Shown: positions 1 through 6,632 of the stretch, piece by piece
Layout of the letters: the number at the start of each line of letters is the position of its first letter
Numbering within the stretch: position 1 is the first letter of the stretch
From: Archangium sp.
GTDB taxonomy: Bacteria > Myxococcota > Myxococcia > Myxococcales > Myxococcaceae
Reading direction: 5' to 3'
NCBI GenBank assembly: GCA_031367385.1
Contig: JANLPS010000360.1
Span: 1-23,904, forward strand
DNA: 23,904 bases
The notes under the pieces: generated by a model
Told to the model about the DNA's origin: nothing
Seen by the model: only the letters and a program-made list of their open reading frames with translations
Database searches by the model: none
Made by a program: the position numbers and the translations under genes

Positions 1-190
1 GCGCGAAGTTTCTCAACGGCTAAGACGTTTTCTCGTTCTTCTTCAGTCATGCAGGGGTGATCGTCACATTTCGCAAAGAGTTGATCTCATTGCTTCATTT
101 TTCTCGGCCGCCAGGCGTTGCTGAAATCGAACGTGCACCCGTTTTGGCCCTCGGGAGAAACCTTTGCGAACCGATTCACGACAAGCCCAC

Positions 191-643
191 ATGTCAGACA
201 TCGGATCACGAAGCTTCACCAAGGCCTTCGACCGCACCTCGGTCATTGCCGCCGAAAGGGCCGGAGCGAAGATCACGTCGTATTACGACCGCGCGATCGA
301 CGCCGACAACAACGGCACCCTCAGTGAGCGCGAAGTTCGACAAGCCGTTCGCGATGCGGGCAACACCGGCACCGTTGCGAGCGACGTCTACGTCGCCGTC
401 GACATGGTGTACGAATTGGCCAGCGCCGCGAAGGGCCGTGCGAGCGGCCACCCCCGCCGCCGCCCCGAGCTGACGCGCGCTGAGCTCGGCGCCTGGGTCG
501 ACTCCGCGGTCGAATACATCAAGCGCATCGACACCAACGCAGACCAGGTGCTCGACCGTGGTGAGCTCAAGGCGTTCGATCGCGAGTCGCCGGCCCGCGT
601 GCTCGAGCTCGCCCGTTCGCCGTACCTCGACTCATACAAGTAG
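191..643 (+). CDS. EF-hand calcium-binding domain protein (about 150 aa)
   Basis: Two 12-residue EF-hand-type loops: DADNNGTLSERE (canonical) and DTNADQVLDRGE. ATG 191 is preferred over the TTG 164 of the ORF track, but the start is uncertain. No signal peptide. Confidence 0.75.
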   Translation: MSDIGSRSFTKAFDRTSVIAAERAGAKITSYYDRAIDADNNGTLSEREVRQAVRDAGNTGTVASDVYVAVDMVYELASAAKGRASGHPRRRPELTRAELGAWVDSAVEYIKRIDTNADQVLDRGELKAFDRESPARVLELARSPYLDSYK

Positions 644-667
644 CCCTTTTCACCAACCGGAGACTCA

Positions 668-898
668 ATGCCAATCACCAACGTGCAGAGCAGCCCACTC
701 ATCAAGCAGGCCCAACGCGACTTGAAAAACGACGGCAAGATCAACAAGGCCGAAGCCAAGGCCCTGATCGCCCTCGCGAACAAAGACGGCAAAGTCACCA
801 GCCGAGAGCTCGGCGATCTGTCGACCATCTTGGACGATTACCAGCAGACGACCGCTGGGAACCGGGTGCTGTCAGACTACTTGCGAGGCCGCGACTAG
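668..898 (+). CDS. Small hypothetical protein (76 aa) with two degenerate EF-hand/TerB-like DGK[IV]xxxE motifs
   Basis: GGAG Shine-Dalgarno at 659-662, ATG 668, GC-rich third codon positions. Motifs DLKNDGKINKAE and ANKDGKVTSRE. Confidence 0.75.
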   Translation: MPITNVQSSPLIKQAQRDLKNDGKINKAEAKALIALANKDGKVTSRELGDLSTILDDYQQTTAGNRVLSDYLRGRD

Positions 899-960
899 CG
901 CTCAGCTGACGTCAGCCAGAACGCGCGACCGACGGCGTTCACACTGCGACGAGCTCCTCG

Positions 961-978
961 TGTCAGGGCCACCTGACA
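961..978. promoter_or_regulatory. Perfect inverted repeat TGTCAGG-N4-CCTGACA (candidate operator or hairpin)
   Basis: 7-bp perfect arms in the 899-1051 intergenic region. No U-tract follows, so it is not a classical intrinsic terminator. Confidence 0.35.
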
Positions 979-1051
979 TCGCGACGAAAAGCATCGGGCA
1001 CGCATCGCTGCGCGTCAGCCTCGCCCCTGCCGTGCCGTCACACCCGAGGTC

Positions 1052-1624
1052 ATGGCCTCGAAGATCTTTCCTCTCATGAGCCCCGCGGTGCTGGCTGCCG
1101 AGGCCGAGTCACGTCTTGCCACGGCCTCGCGCGTGCTGCGCTTTCGCGCGGTCTTCGAGGCCCCTCGCGAGCTCTCGCGTCGGTTGGTCTTGGCCGATTG
1201 GCTGCTCGAACAGGGCGACCCGCATGGCGAGTTCATCGCGCTGCAATTCGACCCTTCGCGCAAGGCCCGCATGCGCGCCGCCAAGTTGCTGCGCCGCCAC
1301 CGCACGGCGTTTCTGGGCCCGTTGTGGCCCTTCGTCGTCGACTCCGCCGACGAGCAGTGGCATCACGGCTTCGTCTCGCACGCGGCCGTTCAGCTCGAGA
1401 TGGGGCTGTTCGACGAACCCAGCCTCGCCACGCTCGACTCGATGCGCATCGTCTGGGGCGACACCCGGGTGCTCAAGTCAAAGTGGCTGCGAGCCACCAC
1501 GTCACATGCATGGCCCGATGATCACGCGGTGCGCCGGGGGGCGGTCAGGGGCCCTCCGGCGTCGCCGGTGTTGATGACGCCGCGAGGCTCGATCAACACC
1601 ATCTCGACTTCTTCGGCAGAGTGA
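1052..1624 (+). CDS. TIGR02996 (repeat-companion) domain-containing protein; 3' end probably frameshifted (true stop possibly 1521)
   Basis: Signature RLVLADWLLEQGDPHGEFIALQ followed by AAKLLRRH...FLGPL...WHHGFV. As assembled it overlaps the convergent cupin gene by 103 nt. An alternative start is ATG 1076. Confidence 0.7.
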   Translation: MASKIFPLMSPAVLAAEAESRLATASRVLRFRAVFEAPRELSRRLVLADWLLEQGDPHGEFIALQFDPSRKARMRAAKLLRRHRTAFLGPLWPFVVDSADEQWHHGFVSHAAVQLEMGLFDEPSLATLDSMRIVWGDTRVLKSKWLRATTSHAWPDDHAVRRGAVRGPPASPVLMTPRGSINTISTSSAE

Positions 1625-1878
1625 GGGCGGTGCTCGACGCCCCTCGGCACCACGAACAGCTCACCAGGGCCGAGGATGACGGTGCGGTCGCGCAGGTCGA
1701 TCTGCAGCGTGCCCTTGAGCACCAGAAACAGCTCGTCGGTCATCTCATGCTGGTGCCAGACGAAGTCGCCCAACACCTTGACCACTTTGATCTCGTAGTC
1801 GTTGAGCTCGGCCACCGAGCGCGGCGCCCAGTGCTCTGAGAACGTCGCCAGCTTCTGCGCCAGGCTCACCACGTTCAT
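1522..1878 (-). CDS. Cupin domain-containing protein
   Basis: Cupin motif 1 FVWHQHEMTDELFLVLKG and motif 2 PGELFVVPRGVEHRP. Its ATG overlaps the stop of the upstream MBL gene (ATGA, 1875-1878). Confidence 0.92.
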   Translation of the reverse strand: MNVVSLAQKLATFSEHWAPRSVAELNDYEIKVVKVLGDFVWHQHEMTDELFLVLKGTLQIDLRDRTVILGPGELFVVPRGVEHRPHSAEEVEMVLIEPRGVINTGDAGGPLTAPRRTA

Positions 1879-2822
1879 CGCTTGGTTGCTCCAGCGCGGC
1901 GCGCGGCGGCCACGAAGGCGAGGCCCTGCGCGTTGAGCTCGATGTCGAGCGAGAGCTGCGTGAAGGCTGCTGCACCGAACCCGAGGCCCCGCGCGTCTGA
2001 CTCGGCGGCGATGGCGTCTCTCCAGGCCCGGGTCAGCCGGGAGGTCATCGCGTCGACCGGCTCGTCACCCCGCGCTGCTTCATCGACCCACTGCTCGGCC
2101 CGATCGACCCACGCCCCGACCTGCGCGCCAATCGCATCGACATCGGCGAAGGCATCGAAGTGGGTCAAGCAGGCGACCCGGGTCTTCAAACCAGTGATGC
2201 GGGCCAGGCTCTTGCGCGCCTCGGCGGCGTCGAAGTTGGTTGGGCTGGTCGAGGCGAGCGCGAAGCGGCCGTGGCTTTGAAGCGCGGGGTAGACCAGACC
2301 GAAGGCGTCACCGGTGTAGACGGCGTCGAGCGCCGGGTCGTGCACGACGAAGTGGTGATTCGCGTGCCCAGCGGTGTGAATGACCTGCAGGGTCGCGCCG
2401 CCAAGCTCAAAGGTGGCTCCGTCTTCGAGCGCCCGAACCCGCGCCGCCGGGATGGGCGTGATCGTGCCGTACAGCTCGGCGAAGCGGGCTTGGCCGTACA
2501 CCGAGGTCGCGCTGGCGATCAATTTGGCTGGGTCGATGAGATGGCGCGCTGCGCGGGGGTGGGCGAGCAGCGTGGCGTTGGGGCAGGCCGCCAGCAGTGA
2601 CCCGGCGCCCGCGGCGTGATCGAGGTGTGCGTGGGTGACGACGACATAGCGCACGCTCTCGGGGGCGCGGCCTGCGGCTCGAAGCGCAGCGAGCAGCTTC
2701 GGCACCGCGTGCGAGGTATGCGCTTCGATGAACGCACACTCGTCACCTGCGAGTCGCAGGTACGCGGCAGTGAACTGCGGAGTGACATCACAGTCGACGG
2801 TGACGCTGGAGTGCCCGATCAT
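1875..2822 (-). CDS. MBL-fold metallo-hydrolase (glyoxalase II-like)
   Basis: HxHxDH motif (THAHLDHAAG), then HTAGHANHH, TGDAFG and LTHF metal-ligand motifs. ATG 2822 chosen (the ORF track uses GTG 2831). Confidence 0.92.
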   Translation of the reverse strand: MIGHSSVTVDCDVTPQFTAAYLRLAGDECAFIEAHTSHAVPKLLAALRAAGRAPESVRYVVVTHAHLDHAAGAGSLLAACPNATLLAHPRAARHLIDPAKLIASATSVYGQARFAELYGTITPIPAARVRALEDGATFELGGATLQVIHTAGHANHHFVVHDPALDAVYTGDAFGLVYPALQSHGRFALASTSPTNFDAAEARKSLARITGLKTRVACLTHFDAFADVDAIGAQVGAWVDRAEQWVDEAARGDEPVDAMTSRLTRAWRDAIAAESDARGLGFGAAAFTQLSLDIELNAQGLAFVAAARRAGATKR

Positions 2823-2883
2823 GGCGCGCACCCTACACGGAGCCGTGATCTCGGTCAGAAGTCAGGCTGGTACGACGCCCGCC

Positions 2884-3777
2884 TCACTTCGCGTAGCGGT
2901 AGGTCGTGAACTGCGCGTCCATCCGCGCGTCTTGGCCCGGTGAGAAGCGGTCCATGCAGGAGTCGTCGGTGTAGTCCATGAAGTTGGTGATGGGGTCGAC
3001 GCCTCCCTTGCGGCACGTGTCGCGGCCCACGGGGCAGCCGAACGCGGCCGACTTCTCTGCTTCTGTGTCGCTGACCGAGTCGCCCGCGCCGCTGCAGCCA
3101 CCTTGAAACGTGTGGTACAGGCCCATCCAGTGGCCGACCTCGTGCGTGCCCGTATCGCCCAGGTTGTACGGCGTCGCGGTGCCGCCTGGCAGTGACGAGT
3201 ACAGCAGCACGACCCCGTCGAGCTTGGGCTTCGAGACGTAGCTCGAGGGGAACGTGGCGTAGCCGAGAATGCCGCCCGAGGGCGAGCAGGTGTACACGTT
3301 GAGGTCGTCAGCGGTGCCCTTGTGGAGCGCCGTCTTCATCGCCGACTCGGAGTTGCCGTAACAGTCGGTGTACCAGGTGGCGTTGGTGGTGCGGTCGGTG
3401 GCGACGAGGTTGAAGCTCCAGCCGCTCGACGCGTAGGCGGCGTTGAGCACCGAGATCTGGTCGTTGATCATCTGGCTCGTCGTGTCTCCGTTCGCGATGC
3501 CAGCGCCCTGGTTCACCACGTGAAAGTAAACGTTGACGAGCCCCCCGGTGATGGCCTGGCGCGAGACGCCCTCGGCAGTGCCGGCGAGGTGCACTGCGAT
3601 CTCCGACTCGATGCGCGCCTTCTCAGCGTCGGTGGGCTCGATCGTCGAACATCGCTCGAAGTTCGGCTTGAGCTGAATCTCAGACAGCTCATACCGAGGC
3701 TGCTCGATTTCAATCGAGCTCACGAGCGAGTTGCATGCGGCAGTGAGGGCGAGCGCGGCGATCAGCAGCTTCTTCAT
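2884..3777 (-). CDS. Zinc metalloprotease lipoprotein, M43 (ulilysin/pappalysin-like) family
   Basis: HEVGHWMGLYHTF zinc motif, Met-turn NFMDY, cysteine-switch-like RCST in the pro-region, lipoprotein signal MKKLLIAALALTAAC, and GGAG 7 nt before ATG 3777. Confidence 0.93.
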   Translation of the reverse strand: MKKLLIAALALTAACNSLVSSIEIEQPRYELSEIQLKPNFERCSTIEPTDAEKARIESEIAVHLAGTAEGVSRQAITGGLVNVYFHVVNQGAGIANGDTTSQMINDQISVLNAAYASSGWSFNLVATDRTTNATWYTDCYGNSESAMKTALHKGTADDLNVYTCSPSGGILGYATFPSSYVSKPKLDGVVLLYSSLPGGTATPYNLGDTGTHEVGHWMGLYHTFQGGCSGAGDSVSDTEAEKSAAFGCPVGRDTCRKGGVDPITNFMDYTDDSCMDRFSPGQDARMDAQFTTYRYAK

Positions 3778-3939
3778 GTCTGACTCCAAGGAGTGATGCC
3801 GCGCAGGGTGTGCGGTAACCGGCAGAACCCTACTTGAGTCACCTACCCCGGTGTCGAGTGCACACCGCTGTTCACAGCCGAGACCTACCTTGCCCTACCG
3901 TGTGCGACAGCGCTCAATCGCGCGCGTTCTGCAGGCGGC

Positions 3940-5229
3940 TTACTTCGCCATCAGCTTCTCAATCTCATCGACCGTCTTTGGTATGTCGCGCGAGAGCACC
4001 TCGGCGCCGGTCTTCGTCATCACCACGTCGTCTTCGATGCGCACGCCGTAGCCGCGCTCGGGCAAGTAGATGCCGGGCTCCACGGTGAAGACGGCGCCTT
4101 CGGGCATCGGGGCGTCCCACTCGCCGGAGTCGTGCACCTCGAGCCCCACGTAGTGGCAGCAGCCGTGCGGCAACGCGTCGTAGAACCCGCTCGCCGAGAT
4201 CGAATCGCTGACCACCTTCTGAATGTCGGCCAGCGACACTCCGGGCTTGGCCTTGGCGATGCCTGCGAGCTGGGCCTTCAGCACCGCTTCATAGACCGCC
4301 CGCTGCTCAGGGCTGAACTTGCCCCCGACGGGAAAAGTGCGGGTGACATCAGAGGCGTAGAACTCGGCCTCGGCCCCGATGTCGGCCACCACCAGGTCGC
4401 CCGCTTTCAAGATGCGGTCGTCTTTCGGGTAATGCAGCACCGCGCCATTGGGGCCTGAGCCGGTGATCGACTCGTAGGCCAGGTGACGCATGCCCGCTTT
4501 GCGCATCGCGTTCTCGGCGGCGTCTTTGATCACGAACTCGGCGACGCCTGCCTTGGCCGCGGCCATCGCCGCCCGGTGACCATCGGCGCTGTACGCGACC
4601 GCCTTGCGAATCAACGCAATCTCCGCCGCCGACTTGGGCACCCGCAGCCGTGAAATCGCGTGGTGCAGATCTTTGAGCTTGCAGTTGATCGCCCGCTCAG
4701 AGGTCTTGCGCAGCAACTCGAGCGCCTTGGGCGCTGGCTCGTCGGCTCCGCCGAATTCACCAACGAAGGCGAGCTCATTGCCGTGGTCGCACGAATTCAT
4801 CAGCATGTGAGCGGCACTGGTGACCCGCTTGATGTACCGAAACCCAGAGCTCTGCTGCAGCGCCTCGGAGGGCAACGGCGCCCGCTCCCCCGACCAGCGC
4901 TCCTCCTCGACGTTGCGCGGCGCCAGAAACAGCACCTCTTTCATCTCAGGCGCTGCGGGGTCGAGCAGCAGCGCCGCGCCCGGCTCCGAGAACCCAGTCA
5001 ACCAGAAGAAATCCATCCCCTCGCGCAGAAAGTCGTACTTCATCTCGTCGACGACGATGGTTGAGGCCTTGCCCAGCTTCTCCATCAGCTGCGCTCGCCG
5101 CTTCTTGTACACCTCGGGCCCGAGCGTGCCAGTCGGGCCCAACAGCCCGCGCGGCTCAGCCACCGGAGCGGCTGCGAAGACCTGACCGCCGACCAACAAC
5201 GACATCATCAACACCGAGGGCGTTTTCAT
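3940..5229 (-). CDS. Xaa-Pro aminopeptidase (M24B, aminopeptidase P family) with N-terminal signal peptide
   Basis: AMP_N region (DFFWLTGFSEPGA...ERWSG) and pita-bread ligands VADIG, ASDVTRT, HGCCHYVGLEVHD, VEPGIY, RIEDD. The N-terminus MKTPSVLMMSLLVGGQVFAA looks like a Sec signal. Confidence 0.92.
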   Translation of the reverse strand: MKTPSVLMMSLLVGGQVFAAAPVAEPRGLLGPTGTLGPEVYKKRRAQLMEKLGKASTIVVDEMKYDFLREGMDFFWLTGFSEPGAALLLDPAAPEMKEVLFLAPRNVEEERWSGERAPLPSEALQQSSGFRYIKRVTSAAHMLMNSCDHGNELAFVGEFGGADEPAPKALELLRKTSERAINCKLKDLHHAISRLRVPKSAAEIALIRKAVAYSADGHRAAMAAAKAGVAEFVIKDAAENAMRKAGMRHLAYESITGSGPNGAVLHYPKDDRILKAGDLVVADIGAEAEFYASDVTRTFPVGGKFSPEQRAVYEAVLKAQLAGIAKAKPGVSLADIQKVVSDSISASGFYDALPHGCCHYVGLEVHDSGEWDAPMPEGAVFTVEPGIYLPERGYGVRIEDDVVMTKTGAEVLSRDIPKTVDEIEKLMAK

Positions 5230-5504
5230 TTCGGGCGCACCGTAGCCCGTGCGGTGACCAAGCCAAACGCTCTTGTGACCCCCTGCGCTTCGTGGGGAGA
5301 GCCAGGCCTCTGATCAGGGTGCGCATGCTCGTCGTTGCGACCTCACCGACGCCGAGGGTGGCTTTTTCTGCCAGGGGGCCAATGACAACGGCTTGCTGGG
5401 TGTGGGAGATAGCGCTCGGCGGCCGGGGCCCGTGTTTCAAGGCGCTCAGTGAGGGGGGCGTGTCGCTCAAGTCCCCGACTTTCTTGAGCGTTGAAGATTG
5501 ATCG

Positions 5505-5540
5505 AAAAAAATTGCGACTCCCCGCGCGGTTGTGGGTCAA
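5505..5540 (+). promoter_or_regulatory. Candidate ECF-sigma promoter for the TPR/vWA operon
   Basis: A-tract AAAAAAATT, then GCGACT (5514-5519), a 16-nt spacer and GTCAA (5536-5540). This resembles the GGAACT-N16-GTCAA ECF architecture and lies upstream of the GGAGG RBS at 5565. Confidence 0.4.
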
Positions 5541-5576
5541 GCGGGTGAATTTGCTGCGCCGTACGGAGGCTTCACG

Positions 5577-6617
5577 ATGACGATGTCACTGATGGTTCTG
5601 CTCATGGCTGGCGTCGCGCCTGCCTCGTCGACTGCTCCGGCCCCGCCGACGCCCGCGCCGAGCGCCGAAGCGGGCAAACTGTTCGACAAGGCCCGTGCCG
5701 CGTTCAAGGCCAACAACTTCGCCGAGGCCTGCCCGGCCTTCGAGCAGAGCTACGTGCTCGAGCCCGCGCTGGGCACCTTGCTCAACCTGGGCGCCTGCCT
5801 CGAGAAGCAAGGCCGCTTCGCCTCCGCGTGGATTCGATACAACGACGCGGTGAGCTGGGCCCTGCGCACCCACGAGGTCGATCGCGAGGAGTTCGCCCGC
5901 AAGCTCTCGAACGCGGTCAAGCCCAAGGTCTCGTGGCTGGCGGTCTCGGCCAGCGAAGACGTCGACCTGAAGCTCGATACCCAGACTGTGCGCGTCACGC
6001 CGACGCCCATCTCGCTGCCGATCGACCCCGGCTTGCACGCGCTGGTCGCCGAGAAGCCCGGCTATGAGAAGTGGTCGGCGAACGTCGAAATCGTGCAGCC
6101 CGGCACCACCAACACCCAGAAAATACCGCAGCTCAAGCCGCTGACGCTCTCGGCGGTGACGCCTCCGCCTCCGCCGATGCCGGTGGCCGAAGTGAAGATG
6201 GAGCCCACCCCGTGGACGGCGCCTCCCGCGCCTCCGATTGACCTGACGCCCTCGCCTGACCTGTCGGTGGCCAAGAAGGCGCCCGCCGCCGGTTCGACCC
6301 GCGGTGCCGGCATCGCGCTGATTGTGACCGGCAGCCTGGTGACCGTCGCCGGGGCCGTCGGCCTCGGCTGGAGCAGCGCCACCTACAGTGCGTTGCAAGC
6401 CCAGCGCATCAACGTCTTGCCGCCGGCCAGCTACGTCTCGAAGGCCGATTACGAAGCCATCAAGTGGGTCTACCCCGCGTCGTGGGTCGGGGTCGGCGTG
6501 GGCGCGGCGGCGATCATCACCGGTGCGGTGCTCGCGGCGAAGAAGCCCGCAGCCGTCACGCTCTCACCATCGGTCGGGCCCAACGGCGCGGCGATGACCC
6601 TCAGCGGTCAGTTCTAA
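5577..6617 (+). CDS. Myxobacterial TPR + PEGA-like domain protein with C-terminal Gly-rich hydrophobic segments and terminal Phe
   Basis: GGAGG RBS at 5565-5569, signal peptide, TPR helices (EACPAFEQSYVLEPALGTLLNLGACLEKQGRFASAW), PEGA-like IDPGLHALVAEKPGY, Pro-rich linker, two Gly-rich hydrophobic helices, ends AAMTLSGQF. Confidence 0.82.
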   Translation: MTMSLMVLLMAGVAPASSTAPAPPTPAPSAEAGKLFDKARAAFKANNFAEACPAFEQSYVLEPALGTLLNLGACLEKQGRFASAWIRYNDAVSWALRTHEVDREEFARKLSNAVKPKVSWLAVSASEDVDLKLDTQTVRVTPTPISLPIDPGLHALVAEKPGYEKWSANVEIVQPGTTNTQKIPQLKPLTLSAVTPPPPPMPVAEVKMEPTPWTAPPAPPIDLTPSPDLSVAKKAPAAGSTRGAGIALIVTGSLVTVAGAVGLGWSSATYSALQAQRINVLPPASYVSKADYEAIKWVYPASWVGVGVGAAAIITGAVLAAKKPAAVTLSPSVGPNGAAMTLSGQF

Positions 6618-6632
6618 GGGCTGAGGGCACCG

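Noticed and set aside
5464..5490. CGCTCAAG-N11-CTTGAGCG hairpin as a terminator
   Set aside because: It lies between divergently transcribed genes where no transcript needs to end, and lacks a proper U-tract. It may be an operator, but there is no further support.
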